Part shown: piece after piece, positions 50,353 through 63,422 of the stretch
How the letters are laid out: each line of letters opens with the position of its first letter
Position numbering within the stretch: position 1 is the stretch's first letter
Assembly (NCBI RefSeq): GCF_001194135.2
Contig: NC_068995.1
Span: forward strand, 43,128,571 to 43,192,570
Length of the DNA: 64,000 nt
From: Octopus bimaculoides
Taxonomy: Eukaryota
Reading direction: 5' to 3'
Notes under the pieces: generated by a model
Told to the model about the DNA's origin: nothing
Seen by the model: the letters and a program-made list of their open reading frames with translations, nothing else
Database searches by the model: none
Position numbers and translations under genes: made by a program

Positions 50353-51491
50353 AAGGGATCTTACACGTTAGTGACATTTCATTAAAGACCCCTCACACGT
50401 TGTAGCCGACTCAGACTGGTCATAGTTTTAATGTTAGAAGGGTCACATTATAAGCGGTATTATATTTTACTCTTTATGAGCATTCATCTTAGGTCATAGT
50501 CTTGACCTAACGACATGAAGGGGAAAAATGTACCGCGTATCAATTTTGAATTCGAAGATATAGCTATTCCTTTTGTCTTAGCATTTTTGATGCAATTAGA
50601 TTTCGGCTAAGTGCCGAGAGATATATCATGATGCATAGAGACCTAAATATACGTTAAAAGCTTTATTGATATAAACTTTAATTAAAGCTGACATAGCAGA
50701 CACACAAGATGGAATTAGAATACATGGTTGTCAGGGTTTATAAGGAGACAAGCATAAAATCGATTTTTTAAGCATTAATTGTTCTTAGGCGTGATTGTTT
50801 GTAGAACGTAGAAATTATATCAGTAAATGTATTCTGGAAACGGAATAATGAAATGTGCGTAGACGATATATGTGAAGCATGGGTGAGTGGTTATGATAGA
50901 AGCTTCGACACTATATGGTACTATGTTCGGTCCACTGCGTGACAGCTGCGGCATGGCACTTTTACGTTAGGTCGTAAACAGCTTACGAAGAGTAATCAGT
51001 AAAAGGAAAGTGCACAAATGTCCGGTTAATGCTCATACACATAAACACGTGCACACACAAACACACAAATATACACACACACATACATACACATACACAC
51101 ACATACGCGTACATAAAGGTTTTTTTATCATTGAATTTTGATCACTTTATGTTTAGTATTTTGAATTAAAACTGTAAAACGTGTAAAGGAATAATCGAAT
51201 AATCGAATAAACCGGGGAATGAAACGCTATTTGTTTAGCATTAAGATAAGGGGGGAGGGCGTTTCAAGCGTGCCTCGACAAATTGCGCTACCTCTTTAAG
51301 TTGTTACCTGAATAGATTGAATTATGTATCGTATATACTCTCTGTAAACATTCACTTTTAAAGTATAAACAATATCTTTACCTTTCCCTATATTTACACA
51401 ACAATTTATGCAACAGAAGTCTTGTTGACAGATTTTTAACTTTAATGAAAACATGTAACCGTAGCTTCCTCGTTCTCATTATATTATGCTT

Positions 51492-51531
<40 letters not shown>

Positions 51532-51949
51532 TCAATCTCTTTCTTTTACACTGTCTCAGTCTCAGACATTTACTCATACACACTCACCTCTCTCTATCAT
51601 TACACCCTCTTTCAGCACCCGTTATCTGTTTCATCTTGATCTTTTTATCACTTTATCTTGGTTTCCGGCTTCGCATAACATTTAGTTGTCTACTTGCTTC
51701 GTGTTTTTTCTTTCTACGGTAGAAGTGTCTAACTTATCAAAACAAACCAAACATCACTTGTATATATCTAAAATACACCGCCATCATTTTCGACTAAAAT
51801 TATTGCCACATTACATTTTCTCGCGGTGAAAACAACAGAAATTAACGGAGGATATAAGAAGCTCAATTTCATCGTAGGTCACATAATCTACTTAAATATC
51901 CAATCAAAATTAAATATGCCATTCTTTAACATTCGTTTCAAGTTTTGAC

Positions 51950-52112
51950 ACAAGGCTAAGAATTTCAATGGAGTGGAGTAGTCGATCACACGAACCCCTG
52001 AAGATAAAAAGGCAAATTCGACCTCGGTGGATTTGAACTCAGAACGTAAAAACAGGCAAATGCCGTTAAGCATTTTGCCCGGCGTGCCAACGATTCTGCG
52101 AGCTCATCTGCT
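51950..52112 (-). mobile_element. SINE-A copy
   Basis: aaaggcaaattcgacctcggtggatttgaactcagaacgtaa...aagcattttgcccggcgtgccaacgattctgcgagctc. Confidence 0.8.
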
Positions 52113-52129
52113 CTTGTTATCATTACGTG

Positions 52130-52185
<56 letters not shown>

Positions 52186-53089
52186 CGTNNNNNNNNNNNN
52201 NNNNNNNNNNNNNNNNNNNNNNNNNNNNNNNNNNNNNNNNNNNNNNNNNNNNNNNNNNNNNNNNNNNNNNNNNNNNNNNNNNNNNNNNNNNNNNNNNNNN
52301 NNNNNNNNNNNNNNNNNNNNNNNNNNNNNNNNNNNNNNNNNNNNNNNNNNNNNNNNNNNNNNNNNNNNNNNNNNNNNNNNNNNNNNNNNNNNNNNNNNNN
52401 NNNNNNNNNNNNNNNNNNNNNNNNNNNNNNNNNNNNNNNNNNNNNNNNNNNNNNNNNNNNNNNNNNNNNNNNNNNNNNNNNNNNNNNNNNNNNNNNNNNN
52501 NNNNNNNNNNNNNNNNNNNNNNNNNNNNNNNNNNNNNNNNNNNNNNNNNNNNNNNNNNNNNNNNNNNNNNNNNNNNNNNNNNNNNNNNNNNNNNNNNNNN
52601 NNNNNNNNNNNNNNNNNNNNNNNNNNNNNNNNNNNNNNNNNNNNNNNNNNNNNNNNNNNNNNNNNNNNNNNNNNNNNNNNNNNNNNNNNNNNNNNNNNNN
52701 NNNNNNNNNNNNNNNNNNNNTAACATGTTACATATTTATAGCATGATACATATATATGTATATAACAAACAAAGTAGCTAGTTAGATAATCACTATAAGA
52801 GATGAAGGTAGTAATACTATATTGAGAATAATTTTTGCAATATATACCGAGTGCAGATTGCATTGATAACCAGCTGGCGGGGGTTCTTCCCGGGGTTAAA
52901 AATGGCAGTAACATATTGATGTGGCGATAAAGAGATAAAGATTAATTTTCAGTATAGTTAATACTTTCTTGTAGAGATTTTCTAAATAGCGACTTGTGTG
53001 TGTGCGTGTGTGTATGTGTGTATCTGTATGTCTGTGTGTGCATGTTTGTGCGTGTGTGTGTGTGTATGAGTGCGTGTATGTGTCTATAT

Positions 53090-53295
53090 TTGTCCAACAC
53101 CAGTGCTTTACAAGTAGCGTTGGTGTATTTACGTCTCCATAACACAGCGTTTCAGCAAAGAATACGGATAGAATAATTACCAGGCTTTAAAAAGAAAACA
53201 AAAAGTGCTGGGTTCGATTCATTCGAACACTTCAAGGCGGTGCCCCGGCATGGCCGCAGTCTAATGCCTGAAACATGTAAAAGGACAGATAAAAA
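53090..53295 (+). mobile_element. SINE-B tail after (TG)n
   Basis: ccagtgctttacaagtagcgttggtgtatttacgtc...aggcggtgccccggcatggccgcagtctaatgcctgaaacatgtaaaag. Confidence 0.75.
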
Positions 53296-53869
53296 TAAAG
53301 TAATATACAGTAATGCATCGATATACGAGTTAATTTGTTCCCGAAGAAGGCTCGTAAAGGAAAAACTCGTAAAGCAGAACCATAATTTCCCATAGTAGTA
53401 ATGTTATAAATCGTATCATTTTACATATAAAACAACAGTAGAATGTTAAGTAAATGAATATAAAGATTATTTGTAATAAAAAAATATTATTATAATCGTA
53501 TTCTGAATCACTTTCAGCTACATTAGTCTCGCGCACACCATCACTTGTGGACGCGTTAAAAACAATAGTAGTTTTCTCAACTTGTGCTTATATAACCTAT
53601 GACAGTTACATTAACACCCTCTGTATTTCTAACGGCATTTTTCGTTCATCTACACACCTAGAATAAATACACAGATCTAGAACGCCATTTTGTTCGATCC
53701 GTTAAAAAATGGACAACAGCAAATGTATCGGCTCTCTAACAACGTGCAGAATTCGAACTGGAATTTCATCCCTCCTTATGAGTAACCAAAAAAAAAAAAA
53801 CATTTGGTTGCCAGAATACACAATTTAAATCAGGTAATATGTTGGTTTCATAGGACCAGCAGATTTTCA

Positions 53870-54012
53870 GGGAAGAGAGAAGCCGTTTACATCAGCCCCG
53901 GTGCTCTGTTGGTCCTTATTTTGTCGACCGGAAAGGATGACGGGCAGCGTCGACGGACAAAATGATACGAGACATTTTATTCGACGCGCTAACGATTCTG
54001 GCAGATCGCTGC
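53870..54012 (-). mobile_element. SINE-A copy (degenerate)
   Basis: ttttgtcgaccggaaaggatgacgggcagcgtcgac...gcgctaacgattctggcagatcgc. Confidence 0.65.
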
Positions 54013-54107
54013 ATTAATCGACTGAGATATTTGTTTGAAACTTTGGCACAAGGCCAGCATGTTCGGAGGAAGAAGCACTGTAGGTCGACCACAGCGGCCC
54101 ACATAAC

Positions 54108-54237
54108 TCAACCGGTAATTATTTTATCGACCCCAAAAATATGAAAGACGATCTCGGTGGAATTTCAACTCAGAGCGTTAAGACGGACGAAATGCCCCTA
54201 AGCATTTTACCAGGCATTCTGCCAGCTCACCGCCTTA
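54108..54237 (-). mobile_element. SINE-A copy
   Basis: ttttatcgacccc...ctcggtggaatttcaactcagagcgttaagacggacgaaatgcc..taagcatttt...ttctgccagctcaccgcctta. Confidence 0.8.
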
Positions 54238-54445
54238 AATGTCTGACATATTGATCACTATTTCAAACTGATTCTCACAACATTTTCTATTTATGTATAG
54301 ACTGTTTCATCACTTTAAATTGTCTTACAGCAAAGACCTTATACGCCAATACATAAAGTAAAAATGGTGTGTGTTTGTATGCATGTGTGTACATGTGTAG
54401 CCACGACACATACTTTATTTTCTCTCCTTGTTTCTTTCTGTGTTC

Positions 54446-54481
54446 CTTTCTGTGGAAGAGCGTAGGCTTGAAACGTTAAAG
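54446..54481 (+). ncRNA. Minimal hammerhead-like motif with a variant core
   Basis: cttt-CTGTGGA-a-gagc-gtag-gctt-GAAAC-GTT-aaag: stems I and II and the AACGTT palindrome are present, but the core reads CUGUGGA (A6 changed to U). Confidence 0.5.
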
Positions 54482-54866
54482 ACTCTTTGATATTCCGAGC
54501 CTTATACAAATAAATCTGTTTGTTGTCAACATCACCTGTCTTCGTCTTTTGTTTTTTTGTTGTTTTTTTTGTGTGAATTGTAGATAGCTTTATTTATATG
54601 CATACCATACTAGTTTGAAAAATGTTTGTTTATCAATGGTATAAACGTATATAAAACAATGGGATTTTAACAGAATTTAAAATTCCGAAGGAGAAAACAT
54701 CTGTAAATGATTAAATGTTTACAAAAGTCATAGAGATAATTGCACATATAGATATTCATATTGCGTTATAACCTTGCCATGATCAGACTAAAACCTAACA
54801 CGTTCGCAGGATTAAGCGTTAAACGTTTAGCGTGTATACTGCTTGTTTCCACTATAAGTGTGTGTG

Positions 54867-54902
<36 letters not shown>

Positions 54903-55093
54903 TCGCGTGTGTGCGTGTGTGTATGTGGCTGCCTCTGTGTGTGTGTATTTATCTATGTATCTATGTAGCTAGGAATGTATATATGTATGAAATGTGTCTA
55001 GAGAGAGAAATAAAGGTGTATATATATATATATATACATATAATACGTAAATACATACATACATACATATATATATATAAGTATATATATAAG

Positions 55094-55130
<37 letters not shown>

Positions 55131-56159
55131 CTATATCCATACACACACACTCACACACACATAGACATGTCTATATATATATATACATCATTCGGGTTTC
55201 GGTTCAACGACACGTTATGTTATAAATGGTAATGAAAAGATTACAAAGTTATTATTTCTATGACTTATATGGAATATTCGTATCAAAAGAATACAAAAGT
55301 GTATTTTAACATATGAGATGTTAATCAATAAATATATTTTTCATAGAGAATATTTTGCTTCTAAATCACGAAATTATTGTTATTCTTTGTAATAATTTCA
55401 GTTTTAACATAAAGATCATTAGGAATATATTTAGAACTTCTATTATCATTTTAAGCGCCAATGCTTCTGATATATTTAGATTTCATTAGATCATTGTTTC
55501 AGAGTTCACTCAAAATTGAAGGCTAAGAATATATGCAAAAATATGGCGCCTATGCTAGAGCGATAAAAAATACCGAAAGTTCGCTATTATTTATTGGGTC
55601 AATATTTTCTGTTCTAGAAATGTGAAGATAAGCGGAATGAGATGCTAGTTTGTAAAAGTAAAGATAGACTTTAAATTTGGAATAGTGAATAAGTTTATGC
55701 GTGAATGCATACATAACAACAATACCTTGTTTGAATTTGTTTGAAACTGCACTTTATAAAAATTCGTATTAGTTTGACAATTTGAATCCAAGATAGCAGT
55801 AGTATCAATGAAACAAAAAAATGTGCGATAAAGAGAAATATAGGAATTAAAATGTAGATATATTAAAGACTGTGCTATAAATATCACTGGATACCGTAAT
55901 TATATAAATGATTTCTATTCAGTTTTCTGAAAATAAAGAACTAAATGAAGGAGACGTTAATGTTGACATTTATCTTTGGCTAAATATTTATCAATCAGTT
56001 ATAGGAATATAATATGACAACATTTCGCCCACATTTTTCTACCACATTCTATTCCAAAACACAAAGTTCAGCTCTAGACTACAGTAGAACATAAATAGTT
56101 TCATGCAGTGGGATATCGCATTCCGAAATATGTGGATAACGCTTGTTTACATAAAAGTG

Positions 56160-56290
56160 CAGACACGGCTATGAGTTTTCAAGTTCAATACCACTGCGTA
56201 GCACATTGGCCTTCTATTATAACCCCAGGCATACCAAATCTTTTGAGAGAATTTGATTGACAGAAAGTGAATTAAAGTTCATATTACACA
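56160..56290 (+). mobile_element. Degenerate SINE-B head followed by (CA)n
   Basis: aagttcaataccactgcgtagcac...cttctattataacccc...accaaatcttttgagagaatttgattgacagaaagtga. Confidence 0.5.
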
Positions 56291-56862
56291 CACATACACA
56301 CACACACACACACACATATATATATGTATTAAGTCTACCATTAGTCTCGCGTTAAGAAAAGTAGGAAAATATCGTAGTGTCGTAAAAATAATTTTCAAGC
56401 CGATCACATGGATCATATAAACGTGAAATCTGAACACACATTGCAAACAAACAATGAGGAATTAATTCACCACGCAAGTATAAGAACACCATGCCCAGAA
56501 CAAAAACAAAACAATGCGAACAAATTGACCATATAACAATTTGCGGAAGAGACAAATTGAAGGGAGACAAACATCTAAAAGATGACACCCAAGTGTAATG
56601 TTCCTTGATTCATTGAGGCATTGTTTGTATTCACATGAATTCTTGAGAATCTCCGGGAACTAAACGAGGCTCGGTTTTCCAAACTAGAGGCGAACACCTT
56701 TCTCCAGGTGATCTGCTTGAAAAATTGTTTAGCCAGGTGTGAAATACACCTAAGGGATATCAAATATTCGAAGAATTTACTGGTTTAATATTACTTATAT
56801 CAATAACAATATTACTTCAGTGGGTAAATAAAATTAACATACCGTTTATAAATATATATAAA

Positions 56863-58240
56863 TATAAATCCGAAATAGAAAAACAAAACAATAAAATGAA
56901 CAATTATAAATTAAATTCAATTTAAATATGTTATACAAACAAATGACACATCTCACAAATTACAGCTGGTTCCGCTTCATTAATAAAACGAAATTTTTCA
57001 AGAATAATCAAATCCGTTTAAATATGTAATGATGCTATATCAGATTAACATACTTTAACTCTTTGTCGAAAAATATCAAATAAAATATTTATATCTAAAT
57101 CTTTACAAAGACGCTATATGAACGAGCTTAATCATACATAAGTAAATAATCTAACTGAAATTTCGTAAATTCATGACTATAAATCTATAACTATTCCGCT
57201 CTATAACCGGTTTATTGGCACAATACAACGTTTATGTATACACATATTTATATACACATATTTATATATACTTATATATACACACACACTTACGTATACA
57301 TAGATGCATATACACATACACAAGTCTAGTTGTTCATCTCTCTGTGTATATATACTTTACAATTGACATACATATATTATTTATACACACATGTATCTAT
57401 TTATGCTAGAACATTACTTTATATATATATTAATTCGAAACTAAATATTTGAAATTTGACTATTAGGATGCAAGGGAGGTAACTATTTTTCCGTTTATAT
57501 AAACAAAACAAAAAACAAAATCAGTTCGATACGGTCAAGGAAAGCTACCATTTAGATATATACATAGAACAAAGACAAAGTAAAACACAAACGTCCCACA
57601 TACTAACAACGAGCCCATACAACAAATTAAATCAGATAAATACGCTATATCTACATATGGGCACCATTATTTCCTTACTCACATACATATATTTAACTAT
57701 ACTCATAGAAGAAAACGTTAAACGAAACCAACTCTATACGGACATAGAAAAATAATTTATATATATACATCAAATCCAAAATAAAACCAATATAAAACAA
57801 TTTATTGCTTTAGTTTCAATTCAGCCATCACGCTTATATATACACGTATGTATGCACACATAAACGTCTGTATTGTGCAAATAATCCAGTTATAGAACGG
57901 AATAGTTATAGATTTAAAGTTATGAACTTACAAAATTTTAGTTAGAATATTTACTTACTTACAATTAAGCTCGTATATATAGCGTCTTTCTAAAGATTTA
58001 GATATTATGAATATTTTGATTTGATATTTTTCGTCAAAGAGTTAAGAAGGTATGTTAAGCTGATGTAGCATCATTACATATTTAAACGGATTTGATTATT
58101 CATACGTGACATCGTTATATTAACGAAGTGGAAACAGATATAATTTATGAGATGTGTCATTTGTTTGTATAAAATATTTAAATTGCATTGAATTTATAAT
58201 TGTTCAATTTATTGTTTTGTTTTCCATTTCTGATTTATGT
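56863..58240. repeat. Long inverted duplication with ~380-bp arms and a ~620-bp unique spacer
   Basis: 56863-57237 aligns to the reverse complement of 57858-58240 (roughly 80-85% by eye), including tatacaaacaaatgacacatctca and gaataatcaaatccgtttaaatatgtaatgatgcta. Confidence 0.88.
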
Positions 58241-58501
58241 ACATGTGTGTGTGTGTGTGCAATGTATGTATGTATATATTTATATATATATATGTGTGTG
58301 TATTATGTGTATATATANNNNNNNNNNNNNNNNNNNNNNNNNNNNNNNNNNNNNNNNNNNNNNNNNNNNNNNNNNNNNNNNNNNNNNNNNNNNNNNNNNN
58401 NNNNNNNNNNNNNNNNNNNNNNNNNNNNNNNNNNNNNNNNNNNNNNNNNNNNNNNNNNNNNNNNNNNNNNNNNNNNNNNNNNNNNNNNNNNNNNNNNNNN
58501 N

Positions 58502-58573
<72 letters not shown>

Positions 58574-59139
58574 TTCACCACTTGATATTCTTGGAAAAAT
58601 AATAATTTCAGTGTATAATAAACTGCATATACACGCTTGCATTAATATGCATGTTATGCATTAGTGTATTCACAAGCAAATGCATCTACGGAAACCTATC
58701 CTATCTGGACACCAGGGCGTTGTAGTTAGAGAAACGATTCAACCCTTGGTGTAAGCATGATATTCTGGTTTTCTTCGTTGGCATTGACTTGTGAATGCGC
58801 AAATATACTGTATAATGGGTAGCACGCATATTAATGCAGATATGTAAATATAATCTATTGTACACTGGACATATTACCTGCTGAAGGCAGCAAAACCGCC
58901 TTAGTGGTTAGGATGTCCGGTAATTAATTGGAAATATTCAGGTCTCATACGTCCTGAGTCCTCATGAATAATTTCATCTCTCAGATGTTCTGGATTTCAA
59001 CTACATGGAACACTACATTATACTCTTTTATATTGGATTCCTATGTTGTTTGTTAGCTGAATCTTTTAGAGGAGCATTGTTAGATGGCCATACGATTCTA
59101 TGAGCTCATATATTACACCACATGTATATATATTTATAC

Positions 59140-59170
<31 letters not shown>

Positions 59171-60070
59171 CATATATGCACATACATACGTATATACATA
59201 CAAACATACACACATACGTACATAATACGTTCACACATACGTATATACATGCATACATACATACATAAGTACGTATATCTGAATGGTGGTTGTCTTTGTG
59301 TTCGTGTTTCACTATCGCCACAACCACCACATCATTAGAGACAGTCGGTGTTGCTATTTTTTACCTCTTATTCAAAGTATCACTCTATTAGTATTATTTG
59401 GATATTATTAATTTTTTTGTTCAAACATAACATTAATTCTCTTTAAACTTGACGAAAGGCAATTTGTGTGAAAAGCGTCAGTACAACTGGAGTATGTTTC
59501 TGGCTTAAAGAAAGATATATGTGCTTAATGTGTGAAAGAATATAAAAGTCTATTGGATATTCAGTATATGTCTCAGGAAGATAATAAGTTGCTTATTTTT
59601 AGAAATTTATATAAAGAAAGAAAAATGCCGACAAACTGAATAAAGTTGTGTAATAACTTAAATACATTATGATATAACTAGCTTCTTTCTGTCAAACTGG
59701 ATCTTGATTATTTCAAATAGTAAACAAATTATCACATATACTGTCTTAGTGTACTACATCGTATGTCTGCAAAAAGTATTCCTTAAAATAGTGCAGGTAA
59801 ATGTTAGAAATACGAACTGGACTATGATCTAGTAAAAGATAAAACTAAATTTTATCTTTCAGTTGTTTCACTCATTAGATTGCAAACATGCTGGGGTACG
59901 GCATAGATGAGTTTTTAGTCGAACGAATCGACTCCAGTAATTATTTTTTTAACCCTGGCACTTTTTCTATTGGTGTCACAATAACACATTTAGTCTAGAT
60001 GTGGTGTGGGGCAAACACAAGCACAAAGGCACATATACTGTTACACACACACATACACACGCATAAACAC

Positions 60071-60100
<30 letters not shown>

Positions 60101-60105
<5 letters not shown>

Positions 60106-60437
60106 AGGCGCATGGATCAGTAGTTGGGGCGTCGAGCTTACGATCCTGAGGTTGCGTGTTCGAATCCCGGACCGGGCTGGATGTTGTGTTCTTCAGCAAG
60201 ACGCTGTATTTCACGTTGCTCCAGTTCACTCAGCTGTAGAAATGAGTTGCGACGTCACAGGTGCCAAACTGTATCGGCTTTGCCTTTCCTTTGGATAACA
60301 CTGGTGGCATGGTGAGGGGAGGCCGGTATGCATGGGCGACTGCTGGTCTTCCATAAACAACCATGCCCGTACTTGTGCCTGGAAGGGTAACTTTCTGGAT
60401 GCAATCCCATGCTCAGTCATGACCGAAGAGGGGTCTC
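60101..60437 (+). mobile_element. SINE-C full-length copy
   Basis: agtgaaggcgcatggatcagtag...gttcgaatccc (A/B boxes), with a body collinear with 46178-46512. Confidence 0.88.
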
Positions 60438-60475
60438 ATATATATATATATACACACGCGCACATATATACAATA

Positions 60476-60670
60476 CAGGGTTGGCCAAAAGTCAACCGAT
60501 AGTAAATCAAAATTCCATAAATACTATCTGTAATTCAGTATTGACACAAATGGAAAAATGTGTCGCTCATATTTAGGTGCTTTTATTAAATTCATTCAGT
60601 TGTTAAACATAAACGAATCTTGGAATTAAATGTTTTTGATTTACTGTCAGGTGACGTTTGCTCAACCTTG
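60476..60670. mobile_element. Tc1/mariner-type MITE, 195 bp
   Basis: TA-cagggttggccaaaagtcaaccgatagtaaatcaaaa and ttttgatttactgtcaggtgacgtttgctcaaccttg form TIRs matching at 30 of 37 positions. Confidence 0.75.
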
Positions 60671-60674
60671 AATA

Positions 60675-61460
60675 TTAGGCTGTCCGTAAAATTCTGGGCG
60701 TTTTTAATATGCAAAATGGTATATAAATAACTGACCTTTCAATAAATTTTATTCGAGGAAATAATTTCTATTATTACTAATGACATTTTCTCAACTACCA
60801 CGCAATTTAATTATTCCATCAGCATAAAATTTGAGCGCTTTTTGAAGACAAACGTTATCTAGCTGCATTTTGACACAATCTAATCGTTAAATGTTTTTCC
60901 TTGCAATGAATTCCGTAGAGACAAAAACAAGGGGTAGTCGGATGGTCAATATCATACGGAATACCGGTGCAAGCGATTCTTTTCTGTATCCCAGCTTCAC
61001 TAGGTGTTCATGAACCGTACATTTAGAGAATTCTAACTACTCTACAAGTTCTGTAGTCGTGATATCTGAGTTTTCTTCGAATTTTGCCTTCAAAAAATCT
61101 TCATCCAATTTTGAAGGTCTTCCACTGCGACTGTCATATTCCAAGCTAAATTCTCCAGATTTAAACTTTGAAAACCACTTTCGAACAGTTGATTAACCTA
61201 CACCAGCATCACCATAAACTTCACAAATGTTTTTTTTTTTTTCTCTTTCAAGTATTTGCAGCATTTTCTCCTTCATCCGAAAAGAAAAGCCTTGCAACGA
61301 GAACGTGAAATTTTTGTTTATCCATTTCAAATGGCAATTAGGGTTAATCAGAATGACAGATTAATCTATTTTTAGTCAGGAACAAAGAGATGCACTACCA
61401 CTTCAAGCAACGCCAAAGTTTCAACTGTGTTACGCTTCAGATGTGTGCAATGAAGCGTTA
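60675..61460 (-). mobile_element. Internally deleted mariner (Mos1-like) transposase pseudogene
   Basis: ATG at 61325: MDKQKF...ICEVYGDAGVG*STVRKWFSKFKSGEFSLEYDSRSGRPSKLDEDFLKAKFEENSDITTTELVE*LEFSKCTVHEHLVKLGY. It joins a C-terminus LFLSLRNSLQGKTFND...KFYADGIIKL...ENVISNNRNYFLE*. A TA-ttaggctgtcc end is at 60675; the other end runs into a gap. Confidence 0.92.
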
Positions 61461-61808
61461 NNNNNNNNNNNNNNNNNNNNNNNNNNNNNNNNNNNNNNNN
61501 NNNNNNNNNNNNNNNNNNNNNNNNNNNNNNNNNNNNNNNNNNNNNNNNNNNNNNNNNNNNNNNNNNNNNNNNNNNNNNNNNNNNNNNNNNNNNNNNNNNN
61601 NNNNNNNNNNNNNNNNNNNNNNNNNNNNNNNNNNNNNNNNNNNNNNNNNNNNNNNNNNNNNNNNNNNNNNNNNNNNNNNNNNNNNNNNNNNNNNNNNNNN
61701 NNNNNNNNNNNNNNNNNNNNNNNNNNNNNNNNNNNNNNNNNNNNNNNNNNNNNNNNNNNNNNNNNNNNNNNNNNNNNNNNNNNNNNNNNNNNNNNNNNNN
61801 NNNNNNNN

Positions 61809-61985
61809 GTATATATTTGTGTCTCTGCCTGCCCCCCACCATCGCTTGACAACCGATGTTGTTGTGTTTACGACCCCGTTACTTAGCGATTCCGCAAAAG
61901 AGACCAATCGAATAAGCACGAGGCTCATAGGCGATGCTTCAGCATGCCTGCGGTCAAAATGACTGAAAGAAACCAAAGAATAAAA
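61809..61985 (+). mobile_element. SINE-B tail
   Basis: ccccaccatcgcttgacaaccgatgtt...acttagcgattccgcaaaagagacc...cagcatgcctgcggtcaaaatgactgaaa. Confidence 0.8.
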
Positions 61986-61991
61986 ACGCAA

Positions 61992-62027
<36 letters not shown>

Positions 62028-63230
62028 ACGCACACACACACACACACGAGAGAGAGACCCTTTCTTCAATTTCTGCGATCAAATCCATTTACAAGTCTTT
62101 AGTGAGACTAAACCTGGAATCATGTGATCACGAAGAAAATTTCTAATCCTCCGGCCACACCTATGACTGTATATGTTTCATTTTCTAGTTTATTGCTTCT
62201 CTTCTTGTATCTAATATCTATTGTATCCTCACTGGCACCAATTTCAGGAATCAGGCTCGCAATTCTGCCTCTTTCGTATTTCAATTCATTAAAAAAAAAA
62301 AAATCGTTCTCAACCTTCGCGGTATGTTATGATAAATTTGTATGGCTTTTTTACTTTTTAACGCAAACAGGAACAGCTATTTTCTCGGAAGCCATAGATT
62401 GGCTCACAGTTCTCCATCTGCCTTGAAGTAATAAACCATAGATTGTTAAATTATTAATTATTTCACCTCAATAGCGCTTGCAACATGATTTTTCCATCAA
62501 TTCTCACTACTTTCCTACATACAAGCCAGATCGTTTCACATTCCTTCACTTCTCACTGCCTTCCTGCTACATATACAAGTTGAGTTATCAATTGTTGATT
62601 TCTTCCCGGTGACGTAGCGATATTAGCATCTTTCGTTTTATAATGTCTTTTTTTTTTAAATTCAATCATTGAACTGCAGTCTTGAAGAGTACAATCGAGC
62701 AAATTGTCAACATTTTTATAAAATATTCTAACGGTTTATTTTTCCCGAAACTACTAAATTAAGAGGGACATAAGAGCAGTAAAACTGCTTGTCAAATGGT
62801 TAAGAGAAATAGAAAAAACCAGCATGCACTTACATTCACATATATGCACACAGACAGACTGACTCATGCACGCACACACATGAACTAAAGGGCTTCCACG
62901 TTGTTTCCGTCAACTGGATTCATTCACAAGACATTAGCCTCAGGGCTATGAAGAGTCTTGTTCAAGGTATCGCACTGAGAAACTGTATCCCAAACTAAGT
63001 GAGTGGGAAGTAAACATCTTAACAGTGCCTCCCCGCCTGTAACAGTTTGACAGAGCAGATTGAAGAAAGTGCAAATGATAAACGTTGCTCAAGGATACAA
63101 CACGTTTTCTGGGACCGAAATATAACCCACATCCTCACGATCATGATCTTCGCACTTAACCACTTTTCAACTTGCGAATACACTATAAAATATTCGATTG
63201 TGTATAGGCAATGTTAATAGTACTGGTAAA

Positions 63231-63422
63231 TAAGATGGCGATCAGGCAGAATCGTAACCGCTTAATGGCATTTCTTCGACTTTAATACCGCTGGGAGTCG
63301 ACTTTGCCTATTATAATTTCGGGGACGATGAAATAAGTACCAGTTGAGCACTGGGGTCAATGTAATCGATCTATTCCTTCCCTCGAAATTGCTGGCCTTG
63401 CGCCAAAATTTGAAACCATATT
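63231..63422 (+). mobile_element. SINE-A copy
   Basis: taagatggcgatcaggcagaatcg...gtcgactttgcct...aataagtaccagttgagcactggggtcaatgtaatcga...cgaaattgctggccttgcgccaaaatttgaaac. Confidence 0.8.

Noticed and set aside
1503-62069. Dozens of ORFs rich in YI, CV, HT, RE or X runs
   Set aside because: They are translations of TA/TG/GA microsatellites and N-gaps, not genes.
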